Below, piece after piece: positions 35,546 to 46,996 of a DNA stretch of 64,000 bases. Below the pieces are notes generated by a model that was given only the letters and a program-made list of their open reading frames with translations, did not search any database and was not told the DNA's origin. The number at the start of each line of letters is the position of its first letter. The stretch's first letter is position 1. The translations under genes were made by a program, and so were the position numbers. The DNA comes from Azolla caroliniana (lineage: Eukaryota > Plantae > Polypodiophyta), in the NCBI GenBank assembly GCA_043228905.1, contig JBHGNT010000022.1, positions 6,758,001 to 6,822,000 of the forward strand, read 5' to 3'.

Positions 35546-38500
35546 TATGAGTGTTAAAGTTATAGATTTTAGCATAATAGAAAGGTCATTCATGCATAAA
35601 GTCGACTTAAAAGAAAAAGCATGATTGAAAGTTCTTCATGTACATCGAGTGTGCATGAACACTTCGGTTAAAAAAAAATGTATGATAGAAAAACCTAGGA
35701 CATCTAGTGTGCATGACCACTCGAGTTAGAGAAAAAAGCATCATGCTTACATGGAGTAGGATATACTTTGTCTCTCCCATCACTATATAATGATGGTGGG
35801 AGCAAATTGTGATGGTTGTTTTTTATTTGGATTTCTAAATATTGATCAAATTGTCTGTATTCGGGTGATTCCCAATTTTCGATCTATCTTTTCTAATCTA
35901 ATCCAATTTACTATTAGAATTCTAAGGGTTGATTAATATAATACAATACAGTCGTGGGATTTACGAGTTTTCGATATCTCTTTCTTATAATATACACATA
36001 TTCTTATTAGCCTTAACACCCTCCTTCTCCTAGTCCATAACATCGGCGGTTTCCATCGACTCACGCAACGATTCGGCGCCGAAAGGCATGACACCGTATT
36101 CCGGCATCTTCATCTTCCCCTTCTCCTTGTGCGTAAACCGTCTCCTCGATTTCTAGTGCGGGGACTTCCACCAATACTCACATTCGACGACAATCCCCGC
36201 ACATCCGAATGGATTAAATCAAGCTTATTTCAACTCCGATTTCATTCATTGGGGAACGGAAGTCAGCGATGCTTCCCTAACAGGCAGGCTTCACAAACTT
36301 GACCCTTTCGACCACTGAATTTTGGCAAGCTAAAAATGTTTTTTTTCGTCCGGATCTCCCAAATCCATGAGAAGTTGACGTGGCCAAACCGCTTGTGCCA
36401 CAAGTTGATGTCTGATTCGACTTTATGCCCCTTGGCAAACATAGCGGTGCCTACATCATTCATTTCGAGGATAAACATCCTCCCTTCTTTGTGCCCTTGC
36501 GCGATGATCTTGCCTTCTTCTTCGATGAAGCACCCGAGATGAGTAAATCGAACTTGCATGCCCTGGTCGAGAATTTGTCCGACCAATACCAAGTTCTTGG
36601 TGATTGATGGCACATGCAAGACATTTCTCATGATTCCCTTGTGGCCGAGATGGCTTAGAGGGACATTTCCGATGTGTTTCGACAACCCACGACTACTCCA
36701 ACTTTGCCAGAGTTGACAACCACTCCTTGTGATTCGTCATATGGTTCGATGCGCCTGAATCCACATAACACACCTCATTTGACCTTGAGGTGTTCGCCGC
36801 CATCGAGTTGGTTTCGTGCTTCATTATGAAGACTGGGCCCGTTTTGGCTCACCTTGAGCCTTCGACGTAGTGCGATTTTTGGTGCCTATCTACGACCCCA
36901 CGGCTCAATTTGTCTTTGTCCAAATCGGCTCGCTTTTTGTAGCACTTGCTCTCTCTGTGGCCCTTATGGACACAATACTAGCATTCCATTTCGGCCTTTT
37001 TCTTGCCGGTTTCTGGCACTAACTTGACTCCGCCTTCTTTCCGAGGGTCTGGAATTGTTGTCGGCATTTCGATTAGGCCTTCGGTTTTGCTCCTGTCGGC
37101 CGCCTCCATTGAGTGCCAACCTGCCTCGTCCACCACAACCATGGGTCCTATCTTCCTCCATATACATCATCTTACTGTCGGTGTGCGTACTCATCGATGC
37201 ACCCGAGTGGTTTTCTTCTACAAGCAACATCAATTGTAGCTCGAAAAACAAAGGCATATTCCCCCTTGTGCAAACCACCGTTTGGAATGATCCGAACTTT
37301 GATGCCAACCCTCTGAGGCAAACCTGCACCATTTCGTCCTCCTCGATGTTCACGTTGACGGAGGCGAGGGAGTCGCAGATCTCTTGGATCTTGGAGGTGT
37401 AATCAGCCACGAACATCTCTCTATATCAGACATTGCTCAACTCCTATCTGAGTTGAAGCTTTCTAGCTATGGTACTCATGGAAAAAATCTTCTTTAGATT
37501 TTCCCAAGCATCCTTCGGCGCCCTGGCATCCTGAATGTAGCTCAAAAGTTGGTCGCTCACACAGGATGCGAAGCAGTACAAAACTCTACTCGCCGCCTGT
37601 TCCTAGGTTGGGAAATCTCTATGTGTCGATTCAGGTGCTCCATCATTAGCTCCTTCGACATAACTCCAATAACCGTGCTCGAGTAGGTACTCATGCATCT
37701 TGTATGACCAAGATGCGTAGTTACTCCTATCGAGGTTTTTGGTCAGAAGCGAGTTTCCCATCCCTCTGTCCGTGTTCCTGTCTTTTCTTTTCTGAAATAT
37801 AAGAAACTTGTCTTTATCGGCTGCAAAGGAGTCTCAACCTAATGTGTGCAATGGTTTGCACCAGACCGAACATTGGATACGTTGTCGGAGTTGTCAGTTG
37901 ATATATGAGCAAACCTAAAAGAGAGCATTCGGTTGCGGTAAAGTGGATACTTCGGTACCTGAGAAGAACCTCGAGCATGTGCCTCCGATTCGGCTCAAGC
38001 AAACCCACATTGGAAGGTTATACTGATTCAGACATTTCAGCTGATGTGCATACCAACCAATCCACGTCCAGATACATAATGAGTTATGTAGGGGGAGTTG
38101 TATTGTGGTAGTCGAGGTTGCAGAAGGTCGTGACATTGTCAACCACTGAAGCCGAGTACATGGTTGCAGTGGAAGTCGAGAAGGAAATAATATGGATGAG
38201 AGTTGGGATTTTGGCAAGATGAAATCAGACTCTGATACCATGTAAAAGTATTCATGTGTGGAAGCATGTGCAATAGACACTGACCGAGTACGCACTCGAT
38301 TGTTCAAAACTCGATAGTTAGGTAAACATAGAGAATGGATACATAGTGAGAGAGAGATAAAGAGAGCAAAAAACAACACTGACGAGCGGGCTAGCACAAG
38401 TACCATTAGTACTTGAATGCTCATAAATGAGCTTGACACTAATTCTGCCTATAATATTCCTATTTCCTAAAATAGGAATATATGCCCCCTAACGGCTTAC

Positions 38501-38639
38501 CTGAATCCTTCTAACTCGGCTCACCCGAATCTTGGCCCTCGGCTTCTTCAACTGATTCGGACCTAGTTGATTGGTCTCGACCGATTCGACTCTCGGCTTC
38601 TACAATCGATTCGCCCATGTTGAGCTTGTCTCTCAAAAA

Positions 38640-39992
38640 ACATGCAAGACACGAAACCAGTCAGGTTGACATTGTCGACAAACAACAAACTGTCCAGAAG
38701 TCAATGTCTGAAATCGAAAACGGTGAAGGGTGAGATGAGCAAGGTCCCATATGCCTCAACAATCAGAAGCCTAATGTATGCAATGGTTTGCACCAGCCTG
38801 AACATTGGATACAATGTCGGAGTCATCAGCCGATATATGAGCAATCCTAAAAGAGAGCATTCGGTTGCAGTAAAGTGGATACTTCGGTACCTGAGAGGCA
38901 CCTCGAGCATGTGCCTCCGATTCGGCTCAGGCAAACCCACATTGGAAGGTTATTCTGATTCAGACATTTCAGCTGATGTGCATACCAGCCAATCCATGTC
39001 TGGATAAATAATGACTTATGTAGGGGGAGTTGTATTGTGGCAGTCGAGGTTGCAGAAGGTCGTGGCGCTGTTAACCACAGAAGCCAAGTACATGGTTGCA
39101 GTGGAAGTCGGGAAGGAAATAATATGGATGAGAGTTGGGAGTTCGGCAAGATGAAATCAGACTCTACTACGACAACCAGAGTGCCATCCACATTGCGAAG
39201 AACGTTCCCTACCACTCGACCAAGCACATCCAGAGGAGATACCATTGGCTCCGAGAGCAAGTAGAAGAAAGGGATTTTTCTCTAGTAAAGGTGCACACAA
39301 CAAAGAACGGGTTTGACATGCATACGAAGGGGATGTCAACCGAAAAGCTAGACGAGTGCCAACCAAGGGTCGGATTGATGAAGTACCCCATGCCGGAGTG
39401 AAGGAGGAGTTTGTTGGGAAAATACGACCCTTTGGATGGGAAGAAGAGAATGAAGCGAATTGGATGGAATCAACGAAATCGAAAATCGAATATTCGAATA
39501 TACGATTTAATAGCCGATTCGAAGGCTATATTTGTAAATATCCCAAAAAGCTATATTAGTATAATACAACTAGGGAAAACTTTATGAATATGTAGTGAAT
39601 CATTAGAGTAATTAAATATAGTTGTATAATTACTGACGAGGTTGTTGCTTCTCTAACTGTGAGAGAGTGAGTGAGTGAGAGTTAGTGAATGTCTACTCTA
39701 TAACTCTTTGTCTATCACACGAAGAAGACCTCAAGGTTATTGCCTCAGAGTTTCTTATTGTAATTCCTCTCGACATAGTGATTTCATTTGGAGTTTGTGG
39801 ACTCCATGTGTTTTTTCCCATTCGAGTTTTCCACGTTAAAAATACTTGTGTCTTTGTATTTTCTGTTTTTGTCTATGCACTATCTTTCACGTTCTTTGTA
39901 CCCACATTCTCATACGAAGAAATCGGTTGTGGCCAAAACCATTCTCGATAGTTACTGTGTTGGAGCATCTTCAATTTCCCTTTATCACAACA
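38640..39992 (+). mobile_element. Ty1/copia family B 3' part (RT end, RNase H, PPT, 3' LTR 39412-39992)
   Basis: VPYAS..SLMYAMVCT, DNQSAIHIAKN, KHIQRRYHWLRE; PPT GAAGGAGGAG; TGTTGGGAAA...ACAACA. Confidence 0.92.
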
Positions 39993-41762
39993 TGTTAACC
40001 TCTTCTTAGGCGAAATCACAATTGATTCCTCTTCACTCATCAGCTAGTCGTGATGACTCAGTTCTTCTTGCGGCCCACTCAGCCGAAATGAGATATGAAA
40101 TTCTTCCTAAGTGCCGAGACCCACCTCAAATGAACCCTCTTTACTACCCTTATTATCAGAATTTGGCTCTTAATGCACAGGAGTGGAAACAACAAAGTAC
40201 CACGAGGCTTCTTTGTAAAAAACGATAGCCCGGCTCACACATACCTCTTGGGTTTGGGTTTTGTAGCACTTATACCCCTTTTGTGCATATGAGTAGTCGA
40301 TGATTATGCACTTTTCAGCCTTTGTGTGGAGTTTCTTCCTTTTCTCTTTGCGCACATGGACATATGCAATGTTGTCGAAGACCCTTATGTGTGCCATAAT
40401 CGGCTTGCGCCTGAAATACAATTCATGTGGAGTAACTTGTGCTCCCCCAACCGACGTACGATTCAGTAAATAAACCGTAGTGCTAACCGTTATCTGATTC
40501 AACTTTCCATCCCTTGGCGTACATAGTGATGTCAACACCATTGAGGTCTAGAATGAACCTCCCTCCTTCTTTGTGTTGTTGCGCAATTACATGATTGCCA
40601 TGTTCAATGAAACATCCATCTCGATTCAATCACACATGCATGACCTCATCGATGATCTACCGACACGAAATTCTTGGTGATTGTTGGCACATGCAAGACG
40701 TTGTTCATACATCCTCTATGTCTGACATGACTTAGAGGGACATCTCCCATGTGCTTGATTGTGTGGATGGTGTCATCATTGGTCTCCAGGAACCCCGACG
40801 ACTCAGGCTTCCTCAGAGTCATGAACTATTCTTCATGGTTCATCATATGGTTAGAAGCTCCTGAGTCGATGAACTAGACCTCTCTTTGTGTTGACGTGCT
40901 TGCTTCCATTGAATTGGCATGAAGCTTCATGAAGAACAAGGGGTCACCTCTCAATCGTCTCGTTTTATAAACGTACTACGACTTTGTTGGCCACTAGTTT
41001 CCGCTCAGTCTGAATCAACCTACTTTTTCTAGCACTTGTCTTCCTTGTGGCCCTGCTTGCCACAATACCAACAATCAGACAACTAGTTTTGCCAGCTACC
41101 AGAACCACTTTCACTCCCCCTTCTTGTAGAGGGTTCTTGACTACCTTTGGCCTGTGTATTTGACCTCTATCCATTTTGACCTTCATTGGTGCGAGGCGAC
41201 CCACCTCTCCTACCACAACCATAGGGCTGATCTACCATCGTGTATAGCATTTGGCCATTAGAGGACACAATCCTTGTCACCCCCATGAGGTTTTCCTCAA
41301 CAATCAACATTGGTTGCAAGTCAAAAAATGAGGGTGACTTCTCCCTCGTGCGTATTGTCATTCGGAATTATCTAAACCTCTTTGCTAGACCTCCCAGACA
41401 TGCCTTCAACATTTCATCTTCGTCCACTGTTACATTGATGGAGCCTAATGAGTTGTAGATGTCCTTAATTTTGAAGGTATAATCAGCCATTGACATGTCC
41501 TTTTGTTGGATGTTATTGAGCCATGCCTGAGCTATAGCTTCCTTGTTGTAGTGCTAATGACAAAAATCTTCTTCGGATTTTCCCAAGCTACTTTTGGTGT
41601 CTTTGCATCTCTAATCTAGCCCAACATTTGATCATGCACAAAGGATGCAAGGCAGTAAAGCACTCTACTTGCTGCCTATTCCTAGGCCTGGAAGTCCTTA
41701 TGTGTTGCCTATGGTACTACTTCATTCTCTCCTTCAATATAACTCCAGTACCCATGCCTGAG
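39993..41762 (-). mobile_element. Ty1/copia family A internal remnant (gag, protease, integrase pieces)
   Basis: SPSFFDLQPMLIVEEN, HIRVFDNIAYVHVRKEKRKKL homologous to 53038-55250. Confidence 0.85.
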
Positions 41763-41936
41763 TGTTGGGCTAAACGTCCCACTCTACCCACTCGTATCTT
41801 AGTGTGAACACGTCCTCGCCGTTAGGGCTAAGTTACCCTAACTATGTAAGTGAGAGACTAAGCATGGTATTCAGAGTTCGAAGGTTAATGCAACAAAGTA
41901 TTATTCTTTGAGCATCTCTCTCTCTCTCTCTCTCTC

Positions 41937-43632
41937 ATAGCGTAAAGTCCTTATAGTGAAAACTAAAGTCCTTATCTTTCATACATTGTCCCGAGTTAGG
42001 AGATGTCACCTAATCCTCTCTCATAAACTAGTTGAGGTAGTTGGATCATATGTATACTTGGGAGTCAATTTTAGTGCTCGTTCAAGTAAATTCTCGATGA
42101 CCCAGACAGCCAAAGATAGGCTAACGAGAGAGTATGCATCCCTCTTACTCTTAGAGAAACAATGCCACCAAGCATACTTTCAAGAGCCACGGATCTTCGA
42201 CTCATTAGTGACCCCTTCCCCCATGTATGCATTAGTAGTATGGGCTCCAAGTCTGCCAACTTTCATGTGGATACAATTAGAGAGACCTTTGGTGACAATG
42301 TTATCACGTCAACTCTGAAGCAAATCGACAATACCACATGACATTATTAGAGTAGAGTTTAGTCTACCCCCTGATGTTAGTAGAAGCACTATTTCAAGTG
42401 GTAGTTTTTATTCATCGGATACATAGCCAACCACAAGATAGCATATCCCGCCGAGCCTTTGAGGCATCTCGATCCCTACATGCGTCTGGAGACACTAGCT
42501 CTTGGTATAACATTGTGGTGAGTTGGTTACTTGCAAATGGCATAGACATTAATAACCTACCTCCCCTTAAATACAACCATGGGACTAATCAAACTCTAAT
42601 CTCTCATGAAGACCGTAATAAAGTGATACACAAAGAAATATGGCAAATTTACACTCGATATAAATGGATCACCCCACAAGAGCCACTCCCATATAAAATG
42701 TTGTACTATAAGGAACACTTCTTGCACTTCTCTAAGTTAGGTTTTATTATACGACCAAGATATCTAGATACATTCTTATCAAATGCACTAAGGGTGTCCA
42801 TTGGACAACTTAGGATATCATCTCACCAACTTGAGATTGAGAATTGTCGGGCTAATAGAATCCCTAGAGAGGAATGGCCATGTAGATTATTCCAAATAGA
42901 GATAGAGGATGAGTATCACTTCACATGCAACTGCCCAACTTATACCGAGATACGGGCGGAATATCAAGACATATTAGGACCCTCTCCCACCCTCTCCAAA
43001 ATATTAGCTACCCCGGATGTAAAGAGACTAGGTAGGTATATCTTAGAGCTAAAACAACATAGGGAGAATAAATTACAAAGTGTTAACCATAACCCTTTTA
43101 CTATTATAAACATGTAACCAGTGTAATTTTTCAGGAACAAGGGGAGACGATGAATGTGGATACACTTACGCCGCTCGGCCTCTCTCTTGAGGAAGCATAT
43201 ATACAAAGAACAACCAAACACCCTCAGATGTTGGGCTTCAAAACAAGACGACACAGAGTAGAAAAGATTAAGAAGATAAGGGAACATGAGCTATGTCGAC
43301 TAGAAGCTATGGTTGGGGTACCTTTTACATTGGAACCACGGGCCGCATTCACATCGAAACCCTTCGACCTCCCGCTTCTCTTCAAGAGACTTGGATGGAA
43401 ATGAAATTAGGCCTAGTATAACATCATTTTCATTGTAGAACTGTTTTTTATATAGAACATGTTTGTTATTTTACTAGAACTATTTAGCTTAACACTCTAT
43501 TTTTATTTTTATTTTTTACTTTCGATGAATGGGTAAATATCCCATTTTTTGTTGTAAACCATTTGTCTCATTGGCCAATTTTGGCCTTTGAAGACGCTAA
43601 TATATCTTTCTTTCATTCATTCTCTCTCTCTC
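41937..43632 (+). mobile_element. 5'-truncated RTEX-like LINE (3' part of ORF2)
   Basis: YVYLGVNF RT thumb; LRISSHQLEIE..C..EDEYHF..CPTY zinc knuckle; (TTCA)/(CT) tail; flanked by (CT)n. Confidence 0.8.
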
Positions 43633-45072
43633 TGAACTTGACATGGTACTTCATGAGCATCTTTGGAGGCGAATGGAAGAACTTGAGGTGCCAAGTGAAT
43701 ATATGCTTGCAATTTCCTCAATTTATGAGAAGGTTATATGTTGTGCACGTATGAGAGATAAACACTTAGATTTTTTCAATCGCACTATTGGTGTTTAGCA
43801 AGGATGCCCACTCTCACCAACACTATTTGGTCTATGAATTGATGAATTGGAAGAAATGGTTACCAAGTTTGCAAAGGAAGAATTTTTTGAAGAAGTTGCC
43901 ATTGGGAATGTTGTGATTATGCTTTTGCTATATGTGGATGATGTAGTGGTTTTTGCAAATACTTTAGGAAATGCACAAAACCTTATCAAGGCATTGGAAA
44001 AATTTTGCATGCATACTAAATTAAGTGTCAATAGCTCTAAAACAAATATTATGCTTGTGAAGAGCCAAAAAAGAGATAAACCAGGCATTATGTACAACAA
44101 TGAACCACTTGGATGTGTGGAAAGCTTCAAATATGTTGGCCTTGAAGTTCCTTGAAATCATAGATGGAATGAATGTGCTAGACACCGCTTAGAGGCGGGT
44201 AAGCGATCATACTATGCATTTGAGAACACATGCAATCTTGGAGATATTAACTGTTGGGTCCTCAAGAAATATCTTTCTGACACTTTGGTAACACCGATTC
44301 TTCTCTATGGGGTGGAAGTATGGGGCGGTCGCATCCCTAAATCTATGTCGAAAGAGTTTGAAAATATCCAAAAACATTTTCTTACAAAGTTTCTACAAGT
44401 TAAGAAAGACACAGGATCGCTTCCCATTGAGAGCATGACCATAGAAAGGGTTTTTGAATACATGCTTAAGGTTCAAAAATGATCCTCACATCGACTTCCT
44501 AGAATTGCATGGGAAGTAACCTCAAGCTCATCTTGTTCGTTTGATGACGGCTACAATAGAGATACAACATCACTCTCTCGACAAATGTGGAGGCTCACAC
44601 TTCACACATTATACTACACATGTTGCACCTAACTACAAAACCATATTCTTTGTGGAACAGGGAAATCGTACACATCGATACATGTTAGAGCCCATCCCCT
44701 TATCTACCATTCGAACCATAGCTTCCATGTGACTTAACTCACATGCATTGTGATGTGAAACTGGGCGTTGGGGCACAAGTGATGAGAGTGGTCGGCTATG
44801 CACACTCTGCCCTAAACAAGTTTGCGAGTCTGAGTATCACACTTTGATACAATGCTCTGCCTTTGATAATATTCGACCATGCTTTCCACATCTCTTCGAA
44901 TTTCTCTCACAACCACAATGTGCCATCTTGATTGCAACATTCATTCGTAAAGTTCTTGAACATCGAGAGTCACTACTCACTTTCACACATATCACATGAA
45001 ACGTAATATTTTTGGTCTCATAGGTCATATTTGACCTCTGAAGAGAATAATATAATCTATCTATCTATCTCC
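43633..45072 (+). mobile_element. 5'-truncated RTEX-like LINE, second family (RT core to 3' end)
   Basis: QGCPLSPTLF, LLLYVDDVVV, SFKYVGL; SHAL.CETGRW..LCTLC..ESEYH..C; (CTAT)n tail. Confidence 0.85.
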
Positions 45073-46996
45073 ACCCCCCCCCCCCCCCTCTCTCTGTGCA
45101 ACTATTTATATTTCATACTATTCAATCACTATTTCTATTGTTTCTTAGACTCACTGATAGGTTCTTAATCTCGCTTCCGCATCAACGAAACGACTTTAAG
45201 GAAGGGGTATCAGAGTGACTTCTAGTCCAGTGGCAACCGCAACACAAACCTGAGAAAAGAAGAATCAGCTGAAGGAAAGCACCAAGTCAGAAAAATCTTA
45301 CTTGCTACAAAACATGGCTTCTACATCCAGTACAAGAGTAGAAATCCGGAAGTTCAGCAACAAAAACTTTTCCCTATGGAAGGAGATGATGTAGGATGTA
45401 CTTATCATTCGGTATCAAATCAAGACAATACAACAAAACAATAAGACAAACTCGATGACAACAAATGAATGGCGCTCACTAGATGAAATTGCTAGGTCGA
45501 CCATTCGAATGCATCTAGCCGAGAACTTCTACTTCAGCATAGCCAAAGAGACATCAACATTTACCTTGTGAGAGAAGTTACAAGTGGTTTATGAGAAGTA
45601 GTCCTCCTCACAAAAGCTCATATTGATCCAACAGTTGTGCAATAGGAAGATGTGAGAGACAGATATAGCGACCTCCCACATTAACACCTTCAGCGGGGTG
45701 TTACCCAAACTCTCCTCCCAAGGGATTAACTTCGAAGAAGAAGTGAAAGCCCTTGCCTTACGTTCGAGCTTGCCGGCGAGCTAGGAGGTATTCTACACAA
45801 CTTTCGCCAACAACTGTCAGAAGCTGAATTTGGACGAAACGATTTGACAAATCCTCACTTACGATATCTGACAAAAATCGATGGGCCTCACTATCAACAA
45901 CTCAGCAGAAGCCCACTTTTTAACTGAGCTAGCCGGAATAACTGACCGAAGAACCAATTAGTCGAGAAAGAGGGAGAACTGACAACGGTTGAAGTCAAGA
46001 AATAGCTAACAAGGTGATTTCAGCACCCACTGCAGAAAAACCGATCACAACGTTTCTGACTGATGGTCGATCAAGAGGAAGGAGAATGTTCAGCAATTCG
46101 AGAGGAACTCAGGACGATGCAACTCGAACCGTTCTCCAGTCAGCAACCAAATCAATGTTGTCCGCTCTCGATAAGGAGAAATCCTCTCTATAGAGGCCTC
46201 GGTGATCAGAGAAGGCCTCTATAGTGGGCAAAAAGCATGACCATGGCTATTGGACTCTGGAGCTACATTTCATGTAACCCCCAACATCAAATGGTTTTTG
46301 AACTATTATACCGGAGCCAACATCACAGTCCGACTAGGAAATAGGCAGGACTGTGCAATCACAGGGATCGAAGAGGTCTATCTGTCGTTTTCCTTTAGCC
46401 ACTTCTTGATTTTCACTATCTCTGTTGCCTTGCTGCAACGTCAGCCGATTCTCCTCATTTGGTTGTGGTGGAGTAGTTCTTTCTTCTATTTGGCTCGCTT
46501 CCTCCTGTGTACTGGTTCTGGCTCCTCCATGTTGGGTTGTTGTGGCTGGTTGTTGGTTGTTGGCTCTAGCTCTTGCCACTCCTCATGTGGTCTGGTTAAT
46601 ACTATTCTTTTTGCCGATTGTGGTCTTGTTAATATTGATGATTGCCCCTTTTCCTTTCTCGGGGTCTTACATTCCATAGAGGCTACTGGCATAATACAGT
46701 TAGCCATCGTGCAAAAATCGGTTCCATGGGTTTTCCCTTCCTAACCCCATGTCATTGTTCTCTAAGCGTGATACCTGTAATACATCCCTAGTCGATTTTC
46801 TCACCCTCATATGTTGCAGTGATGAAATAAGCCCTCTACTTGGGCATGCAATACAACCATTCCAATAGAAACTTTGCAACATCATGAAAGAACAAACCAT
46901 TACCTCATTGTGTCCTTTCAGTTTTAGTTAAAGGAGAATACTTACCAAAATAGGACTAATGAACCTCTGAGTCGACCGCATCCATCTCATTATAAC

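Larger units (their letters stand above)
28231..36093 (+). mobile_element. Full-length degenerate Ty3/gypsy, Phygy-like (LTRs 28231-28995, 35376-36093), tRNA-Trp PBS
   Basis: LTR pair ending CATGACA; PBS TGGTGAACCTGACGTGA 29000-29016; LIDHGSDI protease, FLDYI-type RT, ETDCLP RNase H, LAREDLTNQVEGRAL integrase; probable 4-bp TSD CTGT/CCGT. Confidence 0.92.
27997..38639 (-). mobile_element. Ty1/copia family A, degenerate, 5' LTR ~38241-38639, PBS 38230-38240; host of the 28231-36093 insertion
   Basis: TGGTATCAGAG on - strand; gag start DRGMGNSL near 37770, LWHKRFGH, CEAC; INT-RT linker matching 55500-55760 continues on both sides of the nested gypsy. Confidence 0.85.
41763..46380 (+). mobile_element. 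Family C-related copia 5' part: LTR split by LINEs (41763-41936 + ~45088-45190), PBS, gag-protease remnant
   Basis: TGTTGGGC start, (CT)n, CTCTGTGCA and CTTCCGCAT as in the family C LTR; GGTATCAGAG ~45206; MASTSSTRVEIRKF..NFSLWKE; WLLDSGATFHVTP. Confidence 0.75.

Noticed and set aside
46250-46744. Protease fused to Cys/hydrophobic membrane domain
   Set aside because: Chimeric read-through across a deletion junction into the antisense strand of the family D accessory ORF
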